From Basidiobolus ranarum (lineage: Eukaryota): DNA of 57,157 bases. The notes below the pieces were generated by a model. It worked only from the letters and a program-made list of their open reading frames with translations, ran no database searches and was not told where the DNA came from. A program made the translations under genes and the position numbers. Shown one piece after another: positions 13,990 to 28,217 of the stretch (positions within the stretch are counted from its first letter, which is position 1; each line of letters starts with the position of its first letter). The stretch covers positions 1 through 57,157 of the forward strand of contig JASJQH010006886.1 in the NCBI GenBank assembly GCA_040143965.1, in the 5' to 3' direction.

Positions 13990-16399
13990 ATGGAGAAAGA
14001 GCACTTGGATGAACTGTCAGAATTCTTACGTCCTCATAATTCTTCCGCAAGTCACTTGAATTTCGAATATGACGAACTTAATCCTTTCGCCGACGCAATT
14101 TCAGCCACTTCACTCATTTCCAAGTCTGATAGTTTGCACCACACCGAACTCGAATATCCCATAAGATATACAGAATTTGATGAAGTTAAACCAACCGAAA
14201 ATGAAGAAGAGAGTCTAAGACAATTGGAACAGCTGAAGCTTCAAGAAAAAAATTCTCCAAAGTCTGACAGGGATATTCTTGAAAAAGATGATAAAGAGAC
14301 ACCAAGTCAAAAGCTTGAAGAGAACCAGATTTCTAGTCAGGATCCTGAGAGTATAGCTAATCCGTGGTCTATAACTACCACCCCAGTAGCTTCTTCCGTT
14401 GCTGTTAGACCGGTTAGAAGTATACGTAAGCCCAGTTTTAACATCCTTGCTGACGAATTTGAAGATGTAACTACGGAGAAATCTCCTCAAAAACAAGAAA
14501 CTCAAAAAGAAAGTATACTACCGAAATTGGAATTGAAAGTAGATTTGGACGATAGTAGCGTAAAACAAGAGCAGAAGAACACTGAAACAAAAGAAATCTT
14601 TGACAATTTCTTGGAACCCAATCATAAAGACACCTTCGTAAATGACTCTTCCTCCATAACAGAATCAGAAAGAGCAAAATCTCCACAAGTAAGAGCAATT
14701 CCATTTTCTAACATACTAGATTCTGCAGTTCCTTCTCTAATATGCCTTTTCCACTTACCTCTACTTAATGATAGCCGTCACTTTCTTCACTGCGTGTACC
14801 AGCAACTGGTGTAAGACCTAATTTTGAGGTAACCGTTTCCGATCCACGTCGCATCGGAGATCCAATCAATCCGTATATTGTATATAAAGTGACAACAAAG
14901 GTAGTTACAGCTTTACACCTATATGCTAGCTTGGAGCAATTCTCGAGTAACTACTTCAAGACCACAACGTGCATATCTCTGATAACGAATTGTTTGTAAA
15001 TAATTTGTAGACCACCTCATCCGCTTTTCGTAGTCAGCACCTCTCAGTTAATCGTCGGTACCGTGATTTTCTTTGGCTATATAATCAACTGACTACTGGT
15101 AATCCAGGAGTAATAGTGCCACCTGTCCCTGAAAAGCATGCCCTTGGTAACACCCCCAACTTACTTGACAATACCTTTATGTTTCTAATTCTCAATTTTT
15201 TGTTTAGGACGCTTTCAAGGGGAATTTGTCGAGAGTAGAAGGGCTGCCTTAGAACAATGTCTCATCAAAATCACCGCTCATCCGATGCTTTATGGAGACC
15301 CGGATCTCAAAATATTTCTAGAATCAGAAAACTTTAGCAGAGATGTATATAAATTCCAGATTCCACTCGCTCTAACAACCACTAACCTTTACCTCTAGGT
15401 CAAAGAGCGAAGACGTGATAATTCCAAAGGGATCATGCGTGCTTTTGGGGATGCAGTCTCCAATGCTACAAGTTTCACCAAGTTTGCCGAGACTGATGAG
15501 GTATTATCACCGGCCTATAGACCATGGTTGACATGAATTGAAGATGCTAATAGTAACTGTGTATTAGTGGTTTGAAAATAAGCGTAATCTCCTGGACACC
15601 CTCGCAAGTCAGCTAAAAGCACTATCCAAATCAATCGATGTATTAGCAAAACAACGTAGAGGTAAGATGTTGACGCACTAGATGGCTAATGAACAGCATG
15701 GACCAACTTTGAAAATATAGATTTAGGCTCGTCGCACTTTAATTTGGGTGAAAGCATATACGCTCTATCGAGTGCAGAATTAAACAAAGGTTTGATGCAG
15801 AATCTGATGGGCCTCGGTGAACTCCAGAAGCAGTTAAAATCATTACATGAGAGACAGGTATTGTGAACAAGTACAATCGATTCATTTCTGTTAATACTCC
15901 CGACTTTACTAAGATCACGGTTGAAATATTCCAATATCCACAGACATCCTGCGACCTCATGACGATGGGAAATACCATCTGCGAGTACATCCGGATCATT
16001 GGGTCGATTGAGGTTGCGTTTAATGCCCGCGCCAAAGCATACCAAGTTTGGCAGAGCAGTCTTAGTGAATTGCCAAAAAAACGTACAGCCTTGGAGAAAC
16101 TTCGTGTACAACCACAAACCAGGCCAGAAAAGCTTACATACGCTAGTCAGGACATTAACGAGTGTGAAAGTAGGGTGGAGAATAACAAGTTTGATTATGA
16201 AGAGATTTCGAAACTGATCCGCTCCGAGCTTGATCGTTTCGACAAAGAGAAAGTGGAAGATTTTCGAGATTCGGTGGAAACGTTTTTGCAATCTATGAGC
16301 GAAAATCAATGGGAAATTGTTCAGTTGTGGGAATCATTTTTGAACACTATTAGCCAGGTTCAAGCGCAAATACCAGATGAGGAACCGATTGAAGAATGA
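13990..16399 (+). CDS. VPS5: Sorting nexin Vps5/SNX1-2 (PX-BAR, retromer), multi-exon
   Basis: PX domain (VTVSDPRRIGDPINPYIVYKVTT...RRYRDFLWLYNQL...PGVIVPPVPEK...FVESRRAALE) and BAR C-terminus (ELDRFDKEKVEDFRDSVETFL...LWESF). Confidence 0.9.
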
Positions 16400-16822
16400 C
16401 TATCTTTTTACGAAGCGAGTGAATACCTGATGTAAGTTTATTGTGAACGGGGCCATTCTCTTATTGACCGACTGTTTCGTTTGTGTTGGCTGCATGATCC
16501 CAAAATAGAGCCATTTGTTACTAAAGTGAGCTTACATCGACAACCTAATAATCTCTTTATAGTCAGATAATGATTCGTGACCACCTATATCCAGGTTTTT
16601 TGTTTTATCTTGTACATAATAAAAGACCTACACTCGTCTTTGCAGTGTCACTTGATGGATTAGCCAGAGTATACTAAATCGATTTTTAGGGTGCATCCCT
16701 GGATCTGCGTGACAAAGAAGAGATTTGGGGTGGGGTAGATACAAAAGAACATCCAGAGTGATTATATTATTTCTCTTTCTTTCCAATTTGTGGTTGACAC
16801 TCTTCGATCTATTATAACAGAA

Positions 16823-17531
16823 ATGGCTCCTAAAGCTAAAGGTACTTGACATATCCAACAGTATAACCTTATTATTATCGCAATGGATATTCCTCACAAC
16901 CCAGTATTGAATGTAGAGAGGAATTGAAATTTTCTTTATTTATGGATTTACACATCCATCCATCTATCTGATATTCATGAATCTACTTTAGTTTATTCCC
17001 ATTTGATTGTATTTCTCCTCTCCCTTGCTTTACTACTTTCGAAATAATATTAGATTGAGTTGAAATCATTTGAGTATTGACACGCTTTCGTCTTTTTTAG
17101 TTGCTTCAGAGAAGAACAAGGCTCTTGCCGCCAAGAAGGCTGCCTTGAAGGGTACCCACGGATCTGCTCTCCGCAAGGTTCGTACCTCTACCACCTTCCG
17201 TCTCCCCAAGACTCTTCGTCTTGCTCGTGCCCCTCGTTACCCTCGCAAGTCGGTTCCTAGCGCCCCCCGTATGGACCAATATGAGGTTGTCCGTAGCCCT
17301 TTGAACACCGAAACTGCTATTAAGAAGATTGAAGACAACAACACCTTAGTTTTCTTGTGCGACGTTCGTGCCAACAAGCGTCAAATTCGTGAAGCTGTTA
17401 AGCGTCTTTATGATGTCGAAGCTGCCAAGATCAACACCCTTATTCGTCCTGATGGTCAAAAGAAGGCCTACGTACGTCTTACTGCTGATGTTGACGCTTT
17501 GGATGTCGCTAACAAGATTGGTTTCATTTAA
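16823..17531 (+). CDS. RPL25: 60S ribosomal protein L25 (uL23); intron 16842-17100
   Basis: MAPKAK exon, then [26 protein letters not shown]...[23 protein letters not shown]. Strong codon bias. Confidence 0.97.
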
Positions 17532-18049
17532 ACATTTGAAATACAAACATATTTTATGGTGACCACGATCTTTTTATTTATTAATAAATTATTTGGTCTA
17601 TAGCTTGTTGGATATGTACTTGGTAACTTTAACTTTAGAAGAGATCGTTTCAGGTCTCTCTTTTGACTTGCCATTCAAATCGTGTGTGATCTTCAAATTT
17701 GATCTGTGTGGTATCTCGTGATATGTATTTAGTAATAATGTAATGGTTGAACCTTAATTCATTTGAGAATAGCATCTACTAATATCCTAAAAGATATTCT
17801 AATTCCAATACTTGATAAAAATCGAATTTGATGAGTTTCGGTGAATTTTCGATACCCATAGTAACCAACGCAACATATATATGTAAGGATTTTCCAGTGG
17901 ATTTATAAGAAATATAAAGAGATTTCACTTCTTTTTTTTTGTACATGAAAAAAAGAGTAATGAGTGTACGAGATATGAGGGGAAATGGAAAGGGAAAGGG
18001 GAGAAGGAAGAGGTGAGAAAGTTGATATATTAAACGATGTAAATGTCAT

Positions 18050-19380
18050 TTAGAGAACCTTAGCCATGTCCTTTTTCTTTTTACCACGAGGTGGAGTAAT
18101 TGGTCGGCCCGCGCTCATTCCACCGTAAGCATACTTTTGTTTCTTTTCTGCTGGTTTCAGGATCTGTAGGAAAAGGAGGGAAATGGTTGGTTGGTTATAT
18201 TGAATAAGGTGATTTAAACACGATACGAGACACATACCTGGAATGAGCACATTAAAGTCTCATCAACGCTCATCATAGCTCCGGCGTTATCAAATTCACC
18301 GCAATAGTTGGGCGCGGAGAAGAGTGTGACTAATTGTCTTTTTGCAAAGAATTCATATCCATCTTCTACAACTTGATGGGCACGACAAATCAAATCCATA
18401 TCGTGCTTTTGCAAGAATTTCCCTACAATATCTCCACCAAATGTGAAAGAAACACCGCGATCGTTTTCGCTCCAACCTGAGATATCTTTGTCGGGATCGG
18501 ACCATAATAAATCACATAAAAGTCCTGAAAATAGAATCACCTTATATTAGCAAGAAGCAGAAGATTCATTGAAGTAAATCCTTTTACCGGTGTCAGGAAC
18601 GTCGGTTGGTCTCATAATACGGCGGATTTGTTCCATATTTTGAAGATCAGGTGAAATACCACCATGCATACAAAGGATCTTCTCATCAATCACAGCAGAG
18701 ACTGGCAGACAATTAAAGCAGTCGGTGAATGTTTTCCACAACTTGATGTTGTATCGACGCTTGCCTAAAGAGGGACAAGAAGGTCAGCACAAACGACCTG
18801 GCCAATAGATCTGAGATACACATACATTCATCATAGAAACCGTAGATACGGTTGATGCTAGCACATTCATGATTGCCACGAAGAATGAAGAAATTCTCGG
18901 GATATTTAATTTTGTATGCTAATAGAAGGCAAATGGTTTCAAGCGATTGCTTGCCACGATCCACGTAATCCCCTAAAAAGAGATAATTTGCCTCTGGGGG
19001 AAAGCCGCCATATTCGAAAAGTCGCAGAAGATCATAGTATTGGCCGTGGATATCGCCTAAATCATCTCGTAAGCTACAATACACAAACAAGCAAGGCCAA
19101 AAACCCAACCTACCGCAAACCTTAATCGGTGCTTCCAGTTCTAGTAAAGTGGGCTGACTCATAAATACTTCTCGAGCGGTGGTACAGAGCCATCTGATTT
19201 CATGTTCAGCTAACTGCACTTGTTTACCAGGACGACAACCTCGAACTGTTTATTAAAGAGATGAAGATGATGATGAAATCAGTTAGATGCTCTCCGAAAA
19301 CAAGTGCGTTGGAGACGATTCTTACCTTCCAAGAGTCGGTCAATTATAGAATCAATATTAACTTCTGTATTGTCAGCCAT
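18050..19380 (-). CDS. GLC7: Protein phosphatase 1 catalytic subunit (multi-exon)
   Basis: [72 protein letters not shown]. Confidence 0.97.
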
Positions 19381-20170
19381 TCCAAAATATAAGATTATCT
19401 TTCAATTTACACGAAATCGAAGAAAGAATGATTTTTCGGTTTGAAGAAATAAACTCTGTGAAAAAGTAAGCATGTGTCAACGTGATGCAGAAAAGGGATG
19501 AAGTGAACTTGAATGACCACATACATTACACGATTATTTAGTAACAAGAATGGTTTGGTGTCAAACTAAGGAGTCTGTCAAATGATGTATGAATATACAA
19601 ATAGTCAAAAACCCCCACCAAAGATGGATGGATGTAGTATAAGATATTACTTTTAAACGAGTGAAGTTGTATTTAACACTGACCAAGAGTCAACCTTACT
19701 GAGCATAGAGCAAACACGTAGAAGTTTTGTTGTTATGGACCAATGATCATGGATATGTTGAGAAATGTTTACTCTGATTTTGCATCTGAGATCCGGATTC
19801 CGGATTCTGGTGGATTTCTTCGCTTCTGTTTAGATAGTAAACAATGGGGCTATTGATTGTAAAACTCTCCTATTGCTGACGTATCCTGCATAAATCATGG
19901 ACAATAGTGAAGCTTTATTCAGCGTCGTCCCTTTTTGTGCTGATTTAAACAAGGATATAATGCAGACTAAACACGAAAATAAGCCATTCTGCTCACAATG
20001 TATGCTTATATTGAGTATCACATAGAGTACAGAAGAACAGTGGATGTGAAGAGAAAACTCGTTCTTTATTGATCGCAAGATTACTCAAAATAAAATGGAA
20101 CAGAATTCGAGGTAAAGGGCACAAAGGTCCTACATAGCCGTAAGTCTTCCATTTTTCAGGGATTTACCAT

Positions 20171-20359
20171 TTATTGTTGAGCATCCTTAGCGGCTCTAAC
20201 GGCAGCTTGGGTGCCCTTCTTGGCAAAACGCTGGTTACGAAGGAACTTTGGGTCGACACCTCTGAGAGAAGGATGACGTTGAGCCCTGGGCTTCTTGATA
20301 CCGTTACGGTGAGCCTTGCGGTTTTGGTTGTGGTTGGTGTGATTCTTTGACTTGGCCAT
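20171..20359 (-). CDS. RPL29: 60S ribosomal protein L29 (eL29)
   Basis: [24 protein letters not shown]...[15 protein letters not shown]. Confidence 0.97.
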   Translation of the reverse strand: MAKSKNHTNHNQNRKAHRNGIKKPRAQRHPSLRGVDPKFLRNQRFAKKGTQAAVRAAKDAQQ

Positions 20360-20379
20360 GTCGCTTTACAACCTCGATA

Positions 20380-20541
20380 CTAATACATAAATTCACGTTA
20401 GTACTCCATAAATGATATAGAATGTTGAGAACATCGTAGGGTTGCTTTCAAAGTAAACATAACCACTCTGGCCGCTTAACTGCAATAATTATTGATGGAT
20501 GGAAGAAACTAAAAAACGGGTAAAAATCTATATACGCATAC
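20380..20541 (-). other. 5'-UTR intron of RPL29
   Basis: Minus-strand donor AAG|GTATGC at 20541, perfect TACTAAC branch point near 20400, acceptor TTAG at 20380, 20 nt upstream of the ATG. Confidence 0.75.
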
Positions 20542-20809
20542 CTTGACTGGGAGTCGGTAGCGGAAAGGAGGACTTCACTCTTGTCAGTTGGATATTTTTA
20601 TTGCACCTGTTCGCCCAGCCAAAGTTAGATCAGTCCAATCTGAAGATTTTTCGCAAAAAAAAATCCCATTCGACAGGGGATTGATCCTTTTTGATCTCAA
20701 CTGCAAGTTATCGAAGAATAATACCAAGTGCAAATTCCATTTTGATTTCGACAAAACCGAGATTCATAGACAGTTTAGTAGTCCCTTCAAACTTTCAGTA
20801 TTCTAGACA

Positions 20810-22760
20810 ATGGCTTTAAATTTGAATCTGTCCGAACCGGACCTCATCGTAGAACTTAATGATTTCGAATGTGAAGTGAGGAATTCTGTAGAAAAAAGGT
20901 AGACCTTTGTTTACGTACCTTTGTGTCACTAGTGGTAGCATTAACTCTTTTTGTCAGAGCTGAGATTCAAGTTCAACTTTGGAATCAGTTGAACGAGCTA
21001 TTCGACTCTTACTTCGCAAATTTTGGAGAGAATATTTCCATTATTAGTGGAATTGTAAAGATTTGGCGTACCTTAGTTGCTCAAGTTCCTAACAATCAAA
21101 ATAATGCAGTGTAAGTTGGTGTTCTGGTCTTATTGTAGTGGAATTTTGATTTATGTTCTGTCTACTAGTGCTCAGAAAGTTCATGTAAAACTAGAAAAAG
21201 CAATAATCGAATTGTTGAAGCTCGAAAATGAGCAGAGTCCTAATGAGGTAAGTGTAATCTTATACGACGAAGGACTAATGGTAGTATGTTCGTTTGTTCA
21301 TATGTATTCCACCTGTAGGAAGAAATCAAGTGTTTACGTTTCTCAATCCAAGCGTTATCGAATATGGTGACTGGAAATTCGGAAACTCAGAAGATTGTCT
21401 GGAGTGATTTAATCTCAAGAGAAGAAGACTTTGATTTACTTGGGTAAGGTCACTACGTTAAAGTTGTATGGCGTAAATAACGCGACCATTAATCTTGGAC
21501 AATATCTTGATAGCGGAGTGTTAAAATGTAAAGATACTTCAGCTGTCACGGTGGTACTTGTGTTGATATTCAATTGTATCCACGGTGTTGGGAGTCGTAG
21601 CAGGTAATACGGTAGATTTTTCTCGAAAACACGACATTTACTAACGAGGTCTCAAAAAGTGAAGAGTTTGTTACTTCAGCAGTTGGCATTGCTCTTATAC
21701 GAAGCATGTTGCAATTGGCAGAGTCCACTCTTGATAATGAAGAATCGAAGACATTTGAACTAGTGTAAGTGCAATCTTATACTGGCACATTTAATACACA
21801 CTAACCTCATTTAATTTAGCTATGGAATCGTAACTCGATTAATCGAACAAGGTCATTATTCCATCCTATTCGAGAGGCTTGCAGAGGCATCTGGTACAAT
21901 CAGTTTTGATCAATCTATTCTGCTAAAAATTCTCGACGCAAGACTTAGTTCTGACGAGCAAGCAGAAGAATTGATTGATGATTCTACTATTAGTCACATG
22001 ATCAAGTCGTTTATCAAAGTTGCAGGATTCGCAGTAGATGTTTTGAAAAAGACGGAACTCACAGTCTCAGACTATGGAGTGGGCGAGATGAGTATCGCGT
22101 ATTCCGCGATTGTGTTATTCCTGCAAACTTTTTCAAAGCTTACACACAACCCAAATATCGAGCTCGCAAACAAATGCACTAGAGAAGGACTTTTAGCTGC
22201 CGTTATTAGCTTGTTAGGGGAGGCTGAAAGAGTATTTCCTAGAATCGCCAAAGCAACTACCACTCCTCCCGAGTTTACTACAGATAATGATACAAACAAG
22301 GGGGCCGAAGGATTTGCGTATATAAAGCGAGACATTATTCGACTTATAGGTAATCTTAGTTACGAAAACAAGTTCGTTCAGGATGAGGTATGCTATGTTA
22401 TCTCACCATTATCATATGTTGAATGGCTACCAAACTTTCCCACTTAGACACGTGATCTCGGTGGCTTGGCTCTGGTATTAAGCAATTGTAATATTGATGA
22501 CCGTAACCCATGTAAGTTGAATTTTTCTATTATCGTAATGCATCGTTTTTCTTATCTGTGCTGTTGTGTTAGACATTCGAGAGTACGCAATCTTTGCCGT
22601 TCGAAGTCTCCTCCAAAATAACCCAGAAAACCAAAAGTTGGTGGAGGAAATGAAGCCTATCAACGCTGTCCAACATCCGGTGTTGGAGGAAGTGGGTGTC
22701 AGAACAGAGCTTGAGAATGGAAAAATCAAGTTGAATTATACTGGTCCGGCTCCCAAGTGA
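20810..22760 (+). CDS. ATXN10: Ataxin-10/Ctr86 homologue (ARM-like, multi-exon)
   Basis: C-terminal KRDIIRLIGNLSYENKFVQDE...GGLALVLSNCNIDDRNPYIREYAIFAVRSLLQNNPENQ is the ataxin-10 domain signature. ATG 20810. Confidence 0.85.
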
Positions 22761-23234
22761 ACGCACTGATTGGCTTGGTGCTAATTACAGTGAATTTTCT
22801 GAGTCGGCTTCATCTGCCACCTCTTGATCCTGTACAAACTTTGACGAAAATAGAGAACTTTATTGATAATATACACATACAGCGGTGATCTTCTCGACTT
22901 TTTATCCGCACATCTCGGCTCATCTCAATTCATGATAATTTCAAAGATAAAGTAAAGCATATAATACGCTCACCTTTAGATATTAAATTTATTTAGATTA
23001 GTCATTGACAGTATACAGTGGGAAGTGCTTCAATCTATGTATTGTATATAAGAATCATATAGCACATATCATGGGTTTGCTAGGGGGTACGAGAAGCTTC
23101 AGAATAAACCTGCTTTAAATAGCCAGATAAACCGGTTTAAAATTTACGTAATACCACTCTTTTACATACAGAAAGCTGACCGGATTGCGGAAGAGACACA
23201 GATTAAAAAGGTAAATAGCAAAGAGAGATCGACT

Positions 23235-24032
23235 CTACATAATATCTCTAAACAGGGTCGCCACCAAGGTTGTTAGAGTTAGCCATATTAAGGTTGGAAG
23301 AAAAGGGTGCATCGAGGAAGCGCTGTTCATATGATTCTTCAACATTTTGGCATAGGCATTCCCGCATTGTTGGGTCATCAACATCTTTGAACTATCGAAG
23401 GATTTTCTTAGAGGGTTAAGATATTGTGAGCCAAACCGACTGTAGAGGTTCATTATTTGTTGTGAGCAAGAAGTACACAACTGAGGTACTCCGTTTTTAC
23501 CGTTCCCTAATTGATGACCGTATGGCATGAAAAAAACATCTAGTTGAGAGCGTCGAGTTACTGCTTCGACAAAGCAATATTCATCTTCTGGATTCTTCAA
23601 GCAACCAGCTCTCTGCATAAGATGGTAATTTACAAATGAGATATACATGGTTGTAGCCACTTTGTTCCCTTTCTTCATATCGTTTCCACAATATTGGGTT
23701 TTGACGAATTCACTTCGCATATCTTTGAATACCTTTTCACACATCTTATCACTTCCAGGCACACATATCTCGTCAATTACAGGTGCGATGGAGCTGGCGT
23801 TTTTCGCAAGATCAGCAAATCCTCGGGACAAAGTCAAGTAAAATGAAAATGGTTTACAAGCTTGGAAATCATCTGAAGCCAGCACTTGGTGAATATAGGA
23901 TTGGCATCCTTCGGTTAAGTCATTCTCTCCGAGTGTGCCCAGAAGAACAGGCAAAGTGGCGTATGCTTCTCTGAGTAGCACAGTCAACATAAGGGAAACG
24001 AACACAAGATTATTTACATTAAAAGAATGCAT
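23235..24032 (-). CDS. Secreted, probably GPI-anchored Cys-rich protein (resembles the fungal DUF7729-type family)
   Basis: Signal peptide, about 11 Cys (C..CKPFS..C..C..CGND..GCLKN..YC..CTSC..CG), small-residue omega region and hydrophobic C-terminal tail. Intronless, 265 aa. Confidence 0.75.
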   Translation of the reverse strand: MHSFNVNNLVFVSLMLTVLLREAYATLPVLLGTLGENDLTEGCQSYIHQVLASDDFQACKPFSFYLTLSRGFADLAKNASSIAPVIDEICVPGSDKMCEKVFKDMRSEFVKTQYCGNDMKKGNKVATTMYISFVNYHLMQRAGCLKNPEDEYCFVEAVTRRSQLDVFFMPYGHQLGNGKNGVPQLCTSCSQQIMNLYSRFGSQYLNPLRKSFDSSKMLMTQQCGNAYAKMLKNHMNSASSMHPFLPTLIWLTLTTLVATLFRDIM

Positions 24033-25914
24033 CTTCTATGACCACTCCTTCCTAAAATATCCAATCTATTTTTGTGTGTCACCACGGAAATGTATATCTA
24101 GACCTAATTAATCTGAAAAGCTTTACAATAAAAGATTAAAAGCTCGTGAATACAACTTGTCAGCGGAAATGAGGAGTGAAGTGAAGAAGATAGCAACAAT
24201 TCATCTATGTAAGAGTAAACACATATTTAAAGCGGTCTCAGAATGTCTAACAAGTTACCAAGATCGACGAATACATGACACACTGTGAGAAATCTGCTTT
24301 GACCGTCGTGTTGGAGAAATTGAGATTTCGGAGATTCATCTTCGTCGAATAAAGAAATCACCCACTGTTAAATGCATCGTTTCAGAGACCAAGAGGACAT
24401 TTGACAAATCAATACGCATGATGCTTACTTCAAAACTATCCAACCTTCAATCGATACGTTTCAACAAATTAGTGATATCGACGTTTCAGAAGATCAACGA
24501 AAGCGAATTAGCATAGTATATTTATCACCTGTCTACACTTTTCGAGTAGGAATCGCATGAGACTGTTTCACCTCCAGATATAGTTACTTCTGAGTAGATA
24601 GCTAATTGTGCATCACCCAGGTTAATTGAGAAGGTGAGGAGGAGCACAAAGCATTCTAGCTGCTGCTCTCTTCCGGTATTTTCACTCGTAAAGCTCTCGT
24701 GCGAGCATTAAATACATACTTGTGAAAAACAAAAAGCTTCGTAATCGATCCTTCTTGTACTAAATAGCACAAAAGTATCATGGAATCCTTTTGAAATCGC
24801 AATGATGTCGTCCAAAAGCACATGTTATTTCAAAAAATACTTTGCGACAGTTGCGAGATGAACAAAAAGCTTAACATACTTCTTTCCAGTCACAGACATA
24901 CAAACCGGTCTGGCCTAGGGCACCAAAAGGTAAAGTTTTCGTGACCATATTCTTCATTTCTATAGGAACTGCTCTTAGCGGTGTCCAGGTCGAATAAGCG
25001 GTAAAATAACATGCATTTGAGTGAATCTTTACCAAGTATTTAATGTAGGGTTAAGGGTTAACTTCCAGCGACACATGGCTACAGATTTTATCAGATATAC
25101 CAGGAATCATACTTGAATGCATAACCAGACAAATTGCTTACAATAGATTTATCATGCCAAATTTCTTTCACAAAATAATTGTTTCAATTTCGAAGAATGC
25201 AAAATGGCATTTCAGGAACATCCTTTCTCCCACGAATAGACGAAACATGAAGAGCCTGGCCTTACCAAATATATCATGCTCTCCGCATCAATTGGGGACT
25301 ACAGTCATTATCATGTGCAAGTGGACTATTCGCAATCACGTGTCAGTTCAAGGGGTATGAAAAATGGGTTGCACATGGATTACTTTTTAATGAATGATAC
25401 ATTTGGGGAAGGTACTAAAAAACCAAAGGATATGGAGATATTTGAATCGGTGAGGGTGGAGACCGGTGATGAAATGTGTGTATGAAGTGGGCAAAAAGTT
25501 TCATAGATGTATGAGGGTAAGAGAGGTTTTGCTTCCATATTCCACAAGAAAAAACAAAGAAATCAAACCAACATTGAGTAACAAAATAATACATAAAAGT
25601 TGGCGGGGCGACTTCTAGTTCAGTTGATAAATGTCCGAGCGGGTCAAGACTGTTGAAAATTGTAAGCATATATAAAAAGAGGTAATAGAGCTCGTAGATT
25701 ATGTTACAGAGAGTAATGGGTAGGGAAGACGAAGGTGGCAGAGTTGAGGTCAAGCAATCCAAGAGTAATGCCCCTCACTGGAAAGGAATATTAATAGATT
25801 TGCTATTAAGGCTCGGTGAACAAACTGCGGAAACTCTAGTGGAATAACTGTTGGCTATCATATGGAAGATAGACTTGCCGATAAAGAGCCCAAGCGGAAG
25901 GGACACCAGTAGTT

Positions 25915-26292
25915 CTAGGAATTCCTCACAGGCTCTTCTGGGCGCATATAGTCACGTACGACTCGAAGGCATTGTAAAGCCAGGTTCCATATAGTATTCA
26001 ATATATCCCTCTCAAACTCTACGCCATTCTCCTCTCCCTTCTTTTTTAACCATTCTTTCCAAAAAGTCGAATAGTCACTCAAATTCTCACTGTATACCCT
26101 AGCCAGCAAGTCGTAGCCAGTCAGGAAATAACTTGCAAAGAACACACTGATCACAAAGCCAACGCATAAAGAATACACTGCTATGATGAAAGGCACTAAG
26201 AAAATAGAAGGAGGAACGATTGATAGTTTAAGTAGAGAAGTTCGAGAGGTATTTAGGAAGGCGGCCAAAATATTGGAGGTGGGCTTTTGCAT
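25915..26292 (-). CDS. Hypothetical membrane protein with a long hydrophobic segment
   Basis: 125-aa ATG ORF with a ~35-aa uncharged stretch (LSIVPPSIFLVPFIIAVYSLCVGFVISVFFASYFLTG) followed by amphipathic helices. Confidence 0.5.
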   Translation of the reverse strand: MQKPTSNILAAFLNTSRTSLLKLSIVPPSIFLVPFIIAVYSLCVGFVISVFFASYFLTGYDLLARVYSENLSDYSTFWKEWLKKKGEENGVEFERDILNTIWNLALQCLRVVRDYMRPEEPVRNS

Positions 26293-28217
26293 GCTTTTAG
26301 TTGTATTGAGCTTTGTACCGCTATTAGAAGTATAAGATATGAATTACTTTGGGATTTTTTGACCTCCAAGGAAACAAGATAGAGTACACAGAACTCAATT
26401 GTTAACACTCTCTTAAATGTTAGTTAAAAGTTATCAGAACTGCCAAGAGGGTTTTCTAAGCGGGAGCTGGAGGAAAGAAAGAATAAAAGGAGTTGGCCTA
26501 AAAAAGGTGACAAATGGCTAAACAGAGAGTAAGCATCTAATAGGTAGTGAAGGAGAACTTGGATAAAATCGAATGGCTAATAGTATATATTGTACGCCCC
26601 CTAGAAAAGGATCCGTAAATCGAAGTACAATCAATAGAAATTCTTCTAGATTTAGACAAATGAGGAAGACTAGACAATTGGAATATGTGTTACATCTAGT
26701 ATTACATCAAAACCTGAGTATTCATTGTTATCGCATGCAGATCAAAATATGCCAACACATTTGGAACAATCGTAGATAACATTTAATGGTCGACGAAATA
26801 TTGAAATAACATGATAATCAGCCCATCTCTTGTGCTTAATAGTCGACTTTATCTCAATATGGACCATTTCCATGATCACTACGTTTCATCTTCGAACCAC
26901 TCTACATGATGTGTTTGGTTCGTTGTACTAGCACTCATCTCCCCTTCGTTTTAACACCGAGACAAATAGATGACTACAAAAGGGGATTGACTTTGTCATG
27001 TTTCTGTCTTATCTTCTGAATCCTGTTTAAATCCAGAGAGTGCCCCACCCTTGCGATGCTTGGTTTTGTATGTCGACCAATTGGATTAGAGTTTACATGT
27101 GTTTCTTCATGCGTATTTGTCCAACCTAGCTTACTAGAGAGAATTCACTTAATGTAAGCGCATGTAAGCAACTCAGCTAAAAGTGGCGAAGTGAGATGGG
27201 GATGGCTTCAGATGATATGCCCACGGCCTTTGGATGCTAACCATCAGCACTTTTTGGCCAAAAGTCCTTGACAAAGATAGAGAGAGAAGGATTAAATGGT
27301 GTAAATGTATCTTTTTAATATGCTCTCTTTATGAATTCTGTAGTCTTGTTCGTACTCCAAAGTTGACTAGTAAAATCTAGTTTGAATTCAAGATATAGGT
27401 GGCTTAGCGCTGGTTGTTTTCAATTTCCCAAGGTCATGATTTTGGCTATGCTTAGTTTATCAAGAGCCATTAGAATTGGAAACTTCAGATTTCTCTGCCT
27501 ACTGTATCCAAATGTTGCCATGTACCAGTAGATTAAGGATTTTAACTATGCCTCATGGGTGATCAAATATTACAACTGGTGGTAGCTGAGAAAGTAGACT
27601 AAAAGAATTAATGAATGAAAATACTTTCATTTCAGAGATATCTTTGAGGGGTGCTAGGTTTCTGACAGTGCACTTAAGTTCAGAGGGCATGAGTAGAGTT
27701 GAAATCCTACTCAGACTTGGTCAGTCTAACTGTACAAATTGAATAAAAAGAACAGTCTTTGTTTACCATCAAATATGCCGGAAATGCACCAATCAGTACA
27801 TAGTATTGACAAAGTTCTTTTTTTCTTCATACATTGATCTATTTACTATTTACATCAGATGCTGTGGATCAGGTAGTAAAAACAATGACTCGATCCGCAA
27901 AAAAGATCAGGGGTCCCGAGACCGAAGTGAAAGCCGCGCAGCTATTGTTTTGAGGTTTCGAGTCGAGGGATTGTTTATCTGAAAACACTTGGTCCAAATT
28001 AAATATTCCAGCTGATCAACGAATCCCCTTTATCTCTACCAGGTCTAGCTAAATACTTTCCTTCATTTTTGGTAGTCTAGTCTCCATTTGAGTCCACATA
28101 TCTATACTACCCTTGTTGCCATAGCTCTCAGTGTATTTCCCTTTTTCCTTCCAATCCTAATAGACTTTTTACAGGTTTTGTTATTATTATCTCATCCCAT
28201 CTTGTTCCATAAATTCA

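Noticed and set aside
15686-16309. 207-aa antisense ORF over VPS5
   Set aside because: Shadow ORF of coding exons; no protein-like features.
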